Assembly: GCF_009834535.1 (NCBI RefSeq)
Contig: NC_045696.1
Location: 21,144,001 to 21,208,000 of the forward strand
DNA: 64,000 nt
Origin: Camelus ferus
Lineage: Eukaryota
Direction of reading: 5' to 3'
Below are positions 1-13,157 of this stretch, in pieces. Under the pieces are notes generated by a model. That model was not told where the DNA came from. It saw nothing but the letters and a program-made list of their open reading frames with translations, and did no database searches. The position numbers and the translations under genes are program-made. Every line of letters starts with the position of its first letter. Positions within the stretch are counted from its first letter, which is position 1.

Positions 1-580
1 GATCTAGTCACTTGATTTCATTGTACAATGAGAGTAAGTGCTTGATATTTTTTCATCATTTATTATGCTGTTAAGCTATATTTAAGGGTATAACTATTTA
101 TCAAAGTCCTATATTCTCATGCCAATGTATTTTATTTTCTAAAGTGTATTTTATTTTTTAAATGTATAAATGAAAATACTAAGGATATATTAACTCAAAA
201 AACCCAGTATGTCCCTGGCTCAGGGCCTTATATTTGTGTTGTCAGTGTCATCTCAGCCCTCAGTATGAAGTTCTTATTTTTGCCTCTATGAATCTCAGTA
301 ATTTTCTAACAATTTTATCATTTTAAAAGTAACCAGTCCTTTTGGCATCACTGTTTTGACAGCACTTAAGAAAGCATATTTTGTTTCTTAAAAAAAAAAA
401 GAAGCTAAATTTGTATTACTTCTGGTTTTTAGAGTTCCCATTAGAATCATCTCTAATATTTAGGCTTAAAAAGGAATTATGCCAAATATTTAAAATATTA
501 CAATTTTTTCTTTCCCCACAACTTATACATGCTTTTGAAGTAATCAATTATCTGTCATAAAATATTTTAATTGTAAAATA

Positions 581-910
581 TTTTCTTTTTTTAATTGAAT
601 TATTGTCAGTTTACAATGCTGTGTCAATTTCTGGCATACATTACAATTTTTCAGTCATACATGATTATACATATATTCATTTTCATATTCTTTTTCCCCA
701 TGAGCAGTATACCACAAGATCTTGCATGTATTTCCCTGTGCTATACAGTGTAAACTTGTTTATCTATTCTATATACACCTGTCAGTATCTACCAGTCTCG
801 AACTCCCATTCTGTCCCTTCCCACCCACCTCCCCTCTGGCAACCATAAATTCGTATTCTATGTCTGTGAGTCTGTTTCTGTTGTATATTTAAGTTCATTT
901 GTCTTCTTTA
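581..910 (-). mobile_element. LINE-1 3' UTR fragment, 5'-truncated
   Basis: T-rich tail followed by 'ttaattgaattattgtcagtttacaatgctgtgtcaatttctgg...ttccctgtgctatacagt...cccctctggcaaccataaattcgtattctatgtctgtgagtctg'; clearly similar to the L1 3' UTR at 42692-43020 in this window. Confidence 0.9.
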
Positions 911-2529
911 GAATGCTTTCTTATTAGACAGAGAGTGATTTTCTGGAGTAAAATAATAGATAATAAAAGTTGCTGTATTTTTCATTGCTGTACAAGAAAA
1001 TTTCAATCTGAGTTTTTGACAAGAAGTTATTAGATAACAACTGCTCTTCAAGTAACTTCACATTGATTCATTGTACTTCGGATGAAACATTTGCTGAGAA
1101 CAGTGTTCTTGTGAAAGTGGTTTAAAATTACATTACATCATTCATAAAGCAACTTGGTATGAACATTGGGAAGCTGTATGCATTTGTTTCTTTCTATCCA
1201 ATAATGAGTCCCCAAAGAACTCTTCAAGATTTTATCAAATTTAATATTATTGGTAGCCAGGAGGGAAATTTTATCAGTTTAATTGAAAGATATTCAATAA
1301 TTATAGGTAAACTGTTTTTTTTTAAATATAAAAAACAGAGTTTGCTTCTTTCACTGAGGAAGAGAGCTTTTGTAGACTTCATTTGTGTGTGTGCGTGTAT
1401 ATGTGTTGATTTTATTATTATATTTATTTTCTCCTTTTATGTAGCAATCAAGATGCAATTCAGTTCTTAGCGTCCTTTTCTAAAGTTTTGAATACTTCAG
1501 TTAATATTTTCCTTCATTCATTACAACTTTAATTCTTCCTTGACTCTGTATTTGATTGTTTGAAGCAATATATTACTAAAAGGAGATTGACTCAAAAGGA
1601 TTCTAATATAAAAATGTAAATGATGAAAATATTCTACAAGGAAATAGAATAACTGACCTAAGACCCAGAGATCCCAGGTATGGATCTGTTAAGCCTCCAT
1701 TCTCAGGAACTCCAGAGCAGTTTCCATTTCATTTGAAATAGGACCAGGTCCTTGGGATGAAGATCTGTAAGGTATAATGAATGCACTTCAATCTCTCATT
1801 TATTCAGCAAACATCTAACCTCTTATGCAACACAACACGAAGTAGAGAGCAAAGTTCTGGGAATTCTATTCTTAAGAAACAGACACAAACACATACAAAC
1901 ATCACACTCTTAGATTTTAATCTGGAAGACTAAAGGTTCAAGATAAAAGAAAAAAAAAGGAGAATTTGAAAAAATGGAAACGTTTGTGGGAAAAGAAAAT
2001 AAATGATGGTATCTGAAATAAGGAATCCCAGCGGGAATGTCTCTAACCAGAATAAAAGTGATTTTCAATGACACTGCTAAAATGTCATTGTATCCTGGCA
2101 GATGAATGTTTTATGGTGTCAGATTATAAAATACTTTTCTCATTCAGGGGTGGGTGGTCAGAGGGACTATAAAATTTGCAAGATTCAAGGATACATAAAA
2201 CCTATGCTCATCAGATGTGCTATCCTTGGTCATTTTTGATCAAATGACAAATGATCAAAGAAGTAAAATAATTAAACACTGTGTCTTAGTTTGGGAATCA
2301 GCCTTCTATGTAACTAAACAGTGGCTTAAGATAAAGGGGCCACACACTTGAATAAGACATGGCTTTGCTCAAAAAGCTCAAAGAAGATTCCAAAATGTAG
2401 CTATCTGAGACCTACTAATTTAAACCCCAGGGATCAAAGATTTTTGAAATCAGTGACTTCTCCCAGGTTGGAGTACATGAATAAGAGTGTAGACAGGAGC
2501 AGTTTAAGGGGCCTTGAAGCCCCCACTTC

Positions 2530-2790
2530 CCATCCGTCCATCCGTCCATTCAGGTTTTTAAACATTGACCACATACCCAGTAGTGTAGATACTGCAAACG
2601 TCAAAGAGATTTCCTGTTCTCAAGGAACTCATGGCCCAAAAGGTGAAGTCAGACTGGTAAACACAGAGGTGCAGTAAATTACTTCTAGTAAGATGCTATG
2701 AACTGAGAACGTCGACAGCTCTTTATAAAGGAAAGAATGATTATTTCTACCTGGGGAGTAGATGGGTAGGGAAAAGTTCTCAGAGTTCAG
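2530..2790 (-). mobile_element. LINE-2 3' end fragment (degenerate)
   Basis: (catc/catt)n-like tail followed by a degenerate 'attgaccacatacccagtagtgtagatactgc...ttcctgttctcaaggaactcatgg' L2 3' pattern. Confidence 0.55.
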
Positions 2791-3766
2791 CGCCACTCTG
2801 TTTAACGTGTTTCTTTCCCTGCACGCATCAGCGACATGAACAGATTTTCATGTAGAGCAGCACACTTATTTGCATTTACAGTGGATTTGTTTCTCACATA
2901 TATTGTCCTTTGTTTAGCAAAATTTTGACTGATCCCCTACTTTGTGAGTCATGGGACATGTATATTGGGACCTAGAAATTACTAAAACATTTTTTTCTGA
3001 CTCCAAATGCTCATGATTTTAAGAGAAAATACAGTATAGTGTGGTTTTTAGAAGCAGTTAAGGATGTATCTTCACTTATAGGCATCCCTGTTTGAATGTT
3101 CCCTCAAGTCTATGCCCTTGGGAGTGAAGATGCAGAGCTGGAAGTGGGCAAAGTGTTATGATAGGCTTCTTGGACCATTGTCAAGTTGGAAGATGCAGAG
3201 GAAAGGTGAGAAGAGGCTAATACTGCACTGCTATGAAATTCAGATTTTGTTTCTTTCTTTATCCTGTTCTTAGTTTTCTCTCTGTGTCTGCCTTTTTCAC
3301 ACAAGGGTGATTTAGCAAGGATGAGTTTGCCAGTAGTCTTCCCAGCGGAAAACACATAGAACTTCTCAGTGAACAGCATAAATACAGCCCTGTGTCACCT
3401 ACTTACCAGAGGAAAAGACTCAGTGGATGTCTTCATGTGTTTAACTTATTCATCAATAAATTGGACCATATAAAACTAGAAATAGGTTTAATTATTAAAT
3501 GAAAAGTTTTTAGGATAAGGAACTCCAAACAGGACTGTATAGTGCAAACTTTTCTTAATAATGTGTATTTCCAAATATATTACTATAGTGTCTGTGTAAG
3601 TTGGTGTATTGAAGTTTTGCTTACTGTTTACAAGAAAAGCTATTTTAAGGAGATATTAAGGCCATGACACAAAGTTCTAAAATTTAAATAAGTTAAGTTT
3701 TGTATGCATTTCAATGAAGGTTAAACAAAAATGTTTATATGAGAAGGGTATAAGAAATGCCATGTA

Positions 3767-4299
3767 AAGACATGGAAGCAATATAAAAGTGCATCAACAG
3801 ATGAAGGGATAAAGAATATGTGGTATATATACACAATTGAATATTATTCAGCCAAAAAAAGGAATGAAATAATGTCATTTGCAACAACATGGACAGTCAT
3901 AGAGATTATAATACTAAGTGAAGTAAGTCAGAGAAAGACAAATACCATATGGTATCACTTACATGTGGAATCTAAATAATGATATAACTGAACTTATTTA
4001 CAAAACAGAAACAGACTCACAGACATAGAAAACAAACTTATGGTTACTGGCGGGGGGAAAGGGGTGGGAAGAGATAAATTGAGAGTTTGAGATCTGCAGA
4101 TACTAACTACTATATATAAAATAGATAAACAAGGTTATACTGTATAGCACAGGGAACTATATTCAAAATTCTATAATAAACCATAATGGAAAATAATATG
4201 AAAAATAATGCATATATATATATATATATAAAACTGAACCACTTTGCTATATACCAGAAATTAACACAGCATTGTGAATCAACTACACTTTAATAAACA
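3767..4299 (+). mobile_element. LINE-1 3' end (end of ORF2 plus 3' UTR), older artiodactyl-type
   Basis: 'agacatggaagca...gatgaagggataaagaatatgtggtatatatacac...ctaagtgaagtaagtcagagaaagacaaatacc...tgtggaatctaa'; degenerate TSD aagaaatgccatgta (3752-3766) / aagaaactgtcatgta (4300-4315); internal (AT)n at 4212-4230. Confidence 0.93.
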
Positions 4300-4500
4300 A
4301 AGAAACTGTCATGTACAATATGGAAGCATTACTTATAGACTGATTCTGAAAAGATAAACCATAATTCTTAATGAAATTTTTACCTAACGATTGAATTGAG
4401 TGAAAGTTGAAGAGTAACATTTTAATGTACAAAGAACATTTTAATTTCATTGTAAAAAACAGGTATGTAGAAAGGAAATTCATAGTTTTGTAACAAAGTA

Positions 4501-4987
4501 CTGTGCTTCTGAACTTAAAATAGTTTGACTTACAATTTTTCGACTTTACCATGGTGCAAAAGCAATATATATTCAGTAGAAACCATACTTCAGATTTTGA
4601 ATTTTTATTTTTTTCCCAAGCTAGCAAAATGCTGTTTGATCTTCTCTCCTGGCACCGGGCAGCCGTGGCACACTGCAGTGCCCAGTCAGCCATATGTTCA
4701 CGAGGGTAAACAACCAATATACTTACAACTGCTCTGTGCCCATACAACCAGTCTGGCTTTTTGCTATCAGTATGGTAGTCAATAAATTACATGAGGTTTT
4801 CAATACTTTTTATAAGAAAGGCTTTGTTTAAGGCTAATGTAAGTGTTCTGAGCAGGTTTAAGGTGGGCTAGGCTAAGCGGGGATGTTTGGTAGGTTAGAT
4901 GGTTTAAATGCATTTTCAGCTTTTGATCTTTTCAACTTAAGGTGGGTTTATCAGGTTGTAACCCCATCGTAAGTTGAGGAAGAGCTG
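4501..4987 (-). mobile_element. MER47/Tigger5-type non-autonomous TcMar DNA transposon
   Basis: Ends 'gtttgacttacaatttttcgactttaccatggtgc' and 'aaccccatcgtaagttgaggaagagctg'; internal 'ggctaatgtaagtgttctgagcaggtttaaggtgggctaggctaagc'; TA on both flanks (4499-4500, 4988-4989). Confidence 0.88.
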
Positions 4988-6361
4988 TAAAGACAATCAT
5001 GCTAAGAAAGATATAAATGCATATATTAAAAACATTTCATTTTTGTGGCTAAATTTCTGACTGTTTTTGAGGACTGTTAACAAATAGATTTAAATTAATT
5101 TTGAAACTGTAATTTTTCTCTCCAAAAAACTTTCTTCTAACTTGAAGAATTATGGACATGATATGAGTACTTATTAAATATAGAGATACAGAAAATGTCT
5201 AATTGGTCCACATGCTGAGCAACTGACATATCATGAGGCATTTGACTTGTCTTATTCAGCTTCCAAAAGATAAGCAACTAGACATAGAATCATCCATAAT
5301 TATGTTCTAGGTTAACATTGCCTGATAAGGTGGACTGATTGAGAAATATCCCCAATTTTTCACCATTCTTTGAACAGATGACATTTGAAATATGACTATG
5401 AAACAACTTCTGTTATAAAAGGTATAATTTTTTTCTTAACTATTAAATCTTCATTGGCCTCATCACTTACTTCAACCAGTAGAACTGGGAGTGGCGTTGT
5501 GCCCATTCGAAGCCTGATCATCAGTTAAGACTTGCACACTTCTGCTCAGTTATTGGAAAAGTGCCCCATTACCATGGAAACAAGCTAAGTCTTGTTTACT
5601 TGAAAGGGTTTAAGAACCACTTGGGTAGAGATAAACTGTCCCATCTAAAGACTACAAATTATCTTCTAATAGACATCCTTTTACAGCACGATATTTGGAG
5701 TCATTTTTTTTCTTTTTTGTATTATCAAGGTTATAAATAACTGGTATCAACCCTCTTATTTGACACTATTATAATTATAATAAGCATATACTAATGCCAT
5801 AAGTGGCAAACAATATGTTTTTTTGCACAATAAAAATTAAATTTGAGTGTAACATTTATTACATGACTTAAAATTTCAAAGCTGTTTGAGGTTAACTGAA
5901 ATTTCCTATTTTGCAAAAATATGACAAGAAGATAGCCTAGGAGAGAGGAAAAAATACGGTAATCAAGAATTCACTGCAAAATGTTCTGTTCCACAGACAC
6001 CTCCCCAGGGGAGAGATACTTTCTTTTGCTTGCTAATGGTATTTTCCTGTCATTGAGCACCAGCATCTCCACATTTTGGTTTCTACTGCCCAGAGCCAAA
6101 TGAATAATCCCAATTGTTCTGTTATATTTCTCTTGTATCTGTTTAACTCTTGAGTATTTTGCCAGGAGTCTAACTACACCAAGAAGCCATTTTATGTGGT
6201 TATACCTAAAGGGAATGATAAGATAAACAAACAAGTCATTTTCTTTGAGTGTTTTCTCATGTTAATTTAATCAAGAAGAGTTTATAGAGTATCTAGCTCC
6301 TTCTGTACACTATAAGTACTATGCTATGGAGTAAAGATATATATATATGTATACAAAGGTA

Positions 6362-6565
6362 TCATTTATTGGGAGCTTAAATTATTCAAGATACTGTCTG
6401 AAGTTCTTTATAGTAACATAGTACAAGAACCCTCTGAAGCATGTTTCCCTATGTAAGAGGAAGCCAAGTTACGGCAACATTACGATGACTTGTGCAGTAT
6501 CAATATACAGGTGTGACATGTCAGAGTTAGGATCTGACCACACATCCTGTTTCCAGAGCCGATGA
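6362..6565 (-). mobile_element. MIR SINE (degenerate)
   Basis: Antisense MIR pattern 'atttattgggagctt...gaggaagccaag...gatgacttgtgcag...gtcagagttaggatctgacc...ttccagagcc'. Confidence 0.6.
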
Positions 6566-6699
6566 TTTCAACATTCGGATGTGCTATTTCTAAAGTTAGG
6601 CAAGCAAACGAGCGAAAAGCCCTTTCCCTGCAGGTGTCAGAGACACTAAACCATTCAAGGAAAGGAAGATCCCCATGAATATCCTGATGTTCTCTAAAT

Positions 6700-7255
6700 G
6701 CTGTAGATACTAAAGCACAGACACTAACTCAGGCTTGACAGGGAGGAGAATTAAGAAAGATGGTTTGAAGGTGATGCATAAGCTGTCCGGACATGGGAGA
6801 TATGGAAGGCATGGAGCCCACGGAAGGAAGAAGCAGCTTATGCAGAGTTAAAGATGCACAAGGGCATCACAGAGCATAAAGTGAGGTCGGGGCATGGAGA
6901 GGTGATGCTAAGGATGCGCTGGGCAGGTCAGCAAAACTGGATCACAACACACCTTGTAGCTGTGCTGAAATCTTTGCTTATTTGGATCTGATCTGCATTA
7001 GGCTTATATTGATACAAATCTAGGAATGGTTTTATAACTGAAGAGGACAAGTGGTTAGCTCTTTGCAGTCACTGAGACATGAAAAGGTGAGAAGCAGTAA
7101 GCAGCAGAAGTGGAAATGGTAAGAGGTTGGATTTAAGACCCATGTAGAAGTTAGAAAATAGGTTCTGGTGCCTGGTTGGATGTGAAGGCGTGAAGAAAGG
7201 GTGGCGTCTTAGTCTCCTGGCTTGGCAATTAGGAATGCTGTGTTTCCTTTTCACT
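6700..7255 (-). mobile_element. LINE-2 fragment
   Basis: Purine-rich antisense L2 pattern, e.g. 'tggttggatgtgaagg...tcttagtctcctggcttggcaattaggaatg'. Confidence 0.6.
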
Positions 7256-7284
7256 ATTTATGGTAAAGGGAAAATATAATGACA

Positions 7285-7470
7285 CAGACCTGGTATACTG
7301 AAATCAATTTACTTTTGGATCCAAATTTCAACTTTGTGTTAGCTGTCTAACCTTGGGCTAGTTTCTAGTATCTCTGATCTATAGCTATATGACCTTTAAA
7401 ATGGGAGTATTATTAGTAATTTACTTACAGGATTGTGGAATTAAATGGAATATTGCATGTAAAACAGTCA
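7285..7470 (+). mobile_element. MIR SINE
   Basis: Core 'tagctgtctaaccttgggctagtttct...tctctga...tttaaaatgggagtattattagt...cttacaggattgtgg...gcatgtaaaaca'. Confidence 0.7.
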
Positions 7471-8307
7471 ATCCTGAGAAAACTATCTCTCAGATTTACC
7501 CGTTTAATGTTCATAGCTTCATTTAAGCGCGTCTCTTCAGTGGATTACGCTAGCAACTAGTCCTCACTGGTCTGCCACCTCTCGTCTTATCTGCCCCCAA
7601 TTCATTCAGATCTTTCCCAAATACTATCTTCATCCTATCATTTGGGGTTATTTAGCCAGGACAAAAGAAGGGAATTATGATAGCAGTTTCCAAAGAGAGG
7701 AAAATCTTGTCCTATAGGAAGAGAAACACTTTGCTCCGTTTCATTCAGGCGGGCAGAAGTGAAAGAAAGGGAGAAAAAAAGGAAGAAAGAAAGAAAAAGA
7801 AAGGAACTTCTTGTAAGATGCATTTAATAATAATATTTAAAAGTTAGTTATTTCTTATGCAAACAGGGGCAAAATGCCTTTGTTTTGAATAATAATATGT
7901 TCATTTTTAGACTCTCAGTTAGAATGTGTGGGGATGTAATTGAGATGCCTGTTACGCGTGCAGATGTGAAGAGCTGGCTTTAATCTGATTAGCACGTAAG
8001 GGGTAATGGAAGAAATAGAACTAGCTTGGAACTTTGCAGAAAGATGTCAAATTGAAGATAGAGCCAAGGAATTGACCCTCAGAACAATATTTAGGATAAG
8101 GAATGAAGGTACCCATTGGGATTGGGGCATAGAATTTACATTGTCATGTGCAGGGAATAGCTCTGGTGGAGGCAGGACCCAACCGTCACCTCCCGTCACA
8201 GGCAAACTCACAGCCAGTTTGGTTTAATGCTCACTTGGTGTATTGTTGTTTCAATGTCTTAACCTTTTTAATTATTTTATCTTTGAACATGTGTTTTATA
8301 AATAATG

Positions 8308-8725
8308 TGTATTTATTTTCTAGGGCAAATGAATACTACATATCAAAATACCAGAGACTGGGGGCTTAAACAACAGAAATTTGTTCTCTCAGAGTTCTGG
8401 AAGCTGGGAGTCCAAGATCAAAGTTTCAGCAGGATTGGTTTATCCTGAAGCCTCTCTCCTTGACTTGCAGATGGCCACTTCCATGTGGTATCCTCCCACA
8501 GTGTTTCTGCTTTGTGTTCATGCCTCTGGTGTCAATTTGAGTATCTTAATTTTCTCTTCTTATAAGGACACGAGTTAGATTGAGTCAGGGCACACCCATA
8601 GGACATCATTTTACATTAATTACCTCTTTAAAGTCATTAAAAGCCCAAATACAGTCACATCTGAAGCATCAGGGTTTAGACTTTCAACATATGAATTTTG
8701 AGGCAAGAGAATTGAGTCTATAATA
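8308..8725 (-). mobile_element. MaLR solo LTR, MLT1B/C-like
   Basis: 'gggggcttaaacaacagaaatttgttctctcagagttctggaagctgggagtccaagatcaaag...tataaggacac...aatacagtcacatctgaag...ttcaacatatgaatttt'. Confidence 0.9.
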
Positions 8726-9599
8726 TGAAGTACAGTGGCAAAATGGAGCGTGTGCATGAGCAGCTGAGATATGGTGGGAGTGGCTCGGGCAGGAAGGCCA
8801 GCAGGCTACCGGAGACAAGACGATTGGCCTTGAGATCCCTTGTGTAGGCACATGCTTCCAGGCAGCCTCCGGGCAGCCTGAGTCACCCAGAGCTCAGTGG
8901 CTGCTGGGACAACACTGGTGCTCAGATTGGCTGCAGTAGCTGCTGGAGAGGGGACAGGTTCTGCAAGCAGGTGGTGCTGGGACACTCTGTCCCTTGAATT
9001 GTCCTTGAAGTGTCTGAACAAATGTTAACTCTGGCCTCAGTGCAAAAATAGATACGACCATGCTTAAACAGTAAATACTGTCATAAATATTTACAAAATA
9101 AAAACATTCATAGGACAATGCCAAAAATCATATCAGGCAGTTTTTAGATTTCTTCAACAAATTTAGAAGCTGTGGTTTTGAAAACTGTTGCCACATTGCA
9201 AAGCAAACGTCTTCTGGCTTAGAGCTAGAAATGAAAGATAAGCCAGTTAAATATAAAAGAACACTATTTTTATTAAGATGCTTAGATGAAAAAATAACTA
9301 AGGAAGAAGGGGGTTTTAAAATTAAATTTTCTTTGTGATTGAAGATACAGTAATAAAATCCATTAGCCAGCATTTTGAATTATACTCAAGTCAGGAAGTC
9401 ACTTTTGGTTTCTTGTATAACCTCCACAGGTTACAGGAAATGTCAGAGGAAACATTAAAATGTCGTTGTATAAATTTACATCAAAAATTAAATTCAGACT
9501 GACATGAAACTGGTATGTATGATAAATGAATTCTCTTAGAAGGACTGTTCCATGAGAATCATCAGCTTTTGGTAGGCTAAAATTTATATTTCAAAATAA

Positions 9600-9840
9600 A
9601 TTATCAGAATTTATTTGAATGCTGTCACCAGGTATAAAATACTCTCAACTCTAGTAAGAGTTGTATCAGCAGGAAGATCCTTCTCAAAAAATAAAGTATC
9701 AAATACTTTTTTCAAGATTCTGTTTGCCAAAAACAACTGATGTCACTTTGAATTGTATCAGTTGAAAAATACAATTGCTAAACATATAAATGTTAATGAT
9801 CTGATAAATGAATTTGCAGACCATTAAGCCAGAAAAATCT
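9600..9840 (+). pseudogene. Decayed hAT transposase C-terminal dimerisation domain
   Basis: Frameshifted translation gives ...YKILSTLVRVVSAGRSFSK... and ...IAKHINVNDLINEFADH*ARK, matching the hAT 'SAERSFS...DLINEFA..KARK' motif. Confidence 0.8.
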
Positions 9841-10654
9841 TCTGATTGATCAAGATATCACATTTAAAAATGTTATTTCTCATACAAAATTATAAACCAA
9901 AACTATTATTTTTCAATTAGTAACAACATTTTTTACTCATATATCACTATTACTCCTATTAGATTTTATAAATAACACCATATTTTATTTTTAAGGAGCA
10001 GCTTGGTATTTCAGCAGCTTTAATAGATTTTTTAAAAATATTGAAGAGACCCTGCACTTTCATTTCGCCCTGGGTCCTGCAAATCATGTAGCCAACCCTT
10101 GTTGGAATAATAGATTGGAATGAGTTCAAAGAGAAGGTGGTGGAAGAGCAGAGGCAAGGATTATAAATGACTAATTTATGGGGTCTCTATCACAGGTAGC
10201 ATAGAAATTGGCAATGCAATGGAGCAGAGAAGTGGAGAAGAAAAAAAAACCATGGAAAGATTGGGCTACAGAGGGTGTGTTGTTTTAAGATGGGAGCTAA
10301 TAGATGCGGTTTGTGTTCTTAGGAGAAAAAACCAGTGGAGAGGGACAAATTGACATTGCAAAATTAAGAGATGAGTGCAAGAATGAAATCTATAGAGGGT
10401 GAGATATACAGGGCTGCAAATCACAAATAAAGGGTTTAGTCTTTGAGAGGCTCAGAGACTTCCTTTTCCGTCACAGAAAGGGAGAAAATGTAGGAAAGAA
10501 GGCAGGTGAGTGGGCAAGTTCAAGAGGCAGATGAAGGAGAGAATGGGTTTGTCTTTCCCTGAGACAATACGTAAGTGGCTAAATCTGGATATCCATGCAG
10601 CGAGCCTGTAGGTGGAGAGAAACATGTTGAGAGGCTGAGTTTGTTTCTTCTTCT

Positions 10655-10936
10655 TTTTAAAAAAATTTTATTGAAGAGTAGTTGATTTACAGTGTTAGTT
10701 TCAGGTGTATAAGGAAGTGATTGAGTTATACATACACATACATACATACATTTTTTTCTTTTCAGATTCTTTTCTATTATATGTTATCACAAGAAACTGA
10801 ATATAGTTCCCTGTGCTATACAGTAGGTCTTTGCTGTTTATCTATTTTGTATATAGTAATGTGTATCTGTTAATCCCCACCTCTAATTTATTCCTCCCCG
10901 CCTTTTCCCCTATGGTAACCACAGTTTGTTTTCTAT
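10655..10936 (-). mobile_element. LINE-1 3' UTR fragment
   Basis: 'ttttattgaagagtagttgatttacagtgttagtttcaggtgt...gaatatagttccctgtgctatacagtaggtc...tatggtaaccacagtttgttttctat'; antisense to 4040-4290. Confidence 0.9.
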
Positions 10937-13157
10937 CTTCTTTATAGTGTTGGACACAGATTGTTGACAGAATATGAAAAGACTGAAGTAGTTATAATAG
11001 GAAATGGATGAGAAAATTTTGAGGGTTTCACAGGGATGCTGGGTAACTTTGACATGCATGGCTATAGAACACGGATTTTTGTTGCCAAATTTCTGCAAAG
11101 TTTTGTGATTTTGTTTTCTTTTGTTATATTTTGTTTTGCTTTTCAGCAGTGTTCAGGAGCCTAGGGTAGGAGTAGAAACACTGGGCAGTTAGAATTCTTT
11201 GTGGTTGGAGTTGTTTTAAGGTAGTGTGGGAGAAGGTTGAGAGATCAGAGTTGCTGTTCATAAAAGGATTTTTAAAAAGAGGTTGAAATAATGGATCACA
11301 GGCCAAGTGTGAAGAGAATAGAAAGATATGAGAAGACTAATTAATTGAGAGAAAAAGTAAAGGTTCAGAGACAGGAGTCTATATGAAATCAGAAATTATG
11401 GAAAGTGAGAATAAAGGAATGAAAAACCATGGAAGAGCCTGTGGATCAAGAGTGTCACATCTGAGTTTAAGATTTTAGAGACAAGGTAGATCTCAAGATA
11501 TGATCATGTTTCATCAAGTGTAGGAATGGCTGAAGTGAAGCAGATGTAAAAAATACTAAACCTGAATTTTCATAGGTAATAATTTTGTACAACTGTACTT
11601 CTTGTACAATGCAAAATGCAACTATATTTACTTTCTGGAAAAAAAAATCTAGAATTCATAAAGTTAAAAGTTTCTTTCTCATTTCCTTTATTTTTTAATG
11701 TCCCTACCTTAATTCATCACAAAAGCATCATATGAAGAACTAAAAGTTTTTATTATGGTCACTGATATCAGGGTCTCACTCAGGTTGAGGCTCCTTCCCC
11801 AAAAAATGCATTATCGAGAAACTTTAAATTCATCTACATGTTCAAGAATTGGAAAATATTTAGTTAATGGCAAGTTCAGAAGCGGTGCAGTTCTTTGGGG
11901 AAGGGTACACATAGGAAAATCCTCTACCTTGAGGGTACAATGCTAGGGAAATTTGAGGGATTTAAAATCTAAGCTTGAGAATTTCTCATCCGTGGAATTT
12001 TGAGTCTCAGGAAAACAGGAGGCTTGTTGTGAGTGGTGGGGTGGGGGATGGATCATAAAGGAATAATAGGGAAACTGCAGTCCTGTATTGAATATTGATT
12101 GGAAAATCTCCCTTGGATTGAATTATCCAACTCAGGAAGGCAGTGGTGAAGAGGATTTGTTTGAATAGTGAATTCTATGTTAGCCCCGGAGATCAGTATA
12201 GAAAAATTCTAGGAAAAAAGAAAGTCATAGTGAGAGTGTAAGAAGTGGAAACAAAAGGAACTTAAGGAATTCAGATTTAATAGCAATTTTTCAGAATTTA
12301 AATATTCGTACTTGGAAATTTAATAATTAAAGACAATTGACCAAATGATGAAATAGGCTAACATAATATAAATTTAGCTGAACTTTCCTGAAAGAGAAAA
12401 ATAAACTTTAAGAGAAACATCCCACTACTGGAAAAAAGAGACAGCTGGATATTTTACTCGGAATATTTATTTTATGTAGAAGTTGAATAAAGACACAGTC
12501 TTGAGGAGCACACAGCAAAGTGATTGGTTCACCTCAGGTTGTTAGGTTTTAAATCATCAGTGGCAGCTTCAGTCCAAGACATTTGTGCAGCTCATTCTGT
12601 AGCTGTAACAAACGTTAAGAAAAGACAGAAACTTTTCCTTAGAAGCAGTTTTTACAGATGCTAATCAGCTTTACAGCAAAAAGCAGGCACTGTGTCCCAG
12701 AACCTAAAGCTCTAGATCAAAACAGATACGCGAGGCTCCGTGGGCAGACAGAGCCGACTTCCCGTGCAGTAACTAGGCGGCCCTAAACAGAGGCTCAAAA
12801 GGGAAAGGAAATGAGTGGATTCTGAGCGCGCTGAACAGGGAAGAAAAGCTCCTGCACTAAGAGCTCTTACTGAAGCTGCCTGTCCTGTACATTTTGAAAT
12901 TCTGCAGAAGGCAGCAACGTGGCCAATGCCACTTTGAGAGAAAAGACAGTGTGGAAAGCTAGGCCACTTGCCCCTGGTCCCACCAATAGTAATCAGTGAA
13001 AATTTTGACTTCTTGTTGGAAAATTGAGTTTCAGTTAAGGGCACTCTGGTCACCTGGCATAGACTGGTCTCACGGAGAGCGAAACACCAGTAATATCTTA
13101 ACTGCATTTGCTCGGATAAAATTGAATCTCTGCGTTGATCTTTCACAACGGGAAGTA

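Larger units (their letters stand above)
8173..10100 (+). mobile_element. Zaphod/MER91-like hAT-Tip100 DNA transposon, internally deleted, interrupted by MLT1
   Basis: 5' end 'caggaccc...ttggtttaatgctc'; 3' end 'ccctgcactttcatttcgccctgggtcctgcaaatcatgtagccaaccct'; transposase remnant at about 9600-9840; possible degenerate 8-bp TSD ggtggagg / gttggaat. Confidence 0.8.
7920..11560 (-). mobile_element. LINE-2 fragment interrupted by a hAT transposon (8173-10100) and an L1 3' end (10655-10936)
   Basis: 'ggataaggaatgaaggtacccattgggattgg...ctctggtggagg' resumes after 10100 as 'tagattggaatgagttcaaagagaaggtgg', collinear with the antisense L2 consensus as I recall it. Confidence 0.6.

Noticed and set aside
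4283..4785. Overlapping 154-aa and 86-aa ORFs
   Set aside because: They lie largely in the non-autonomous MER47-type element and show no transposase motifs
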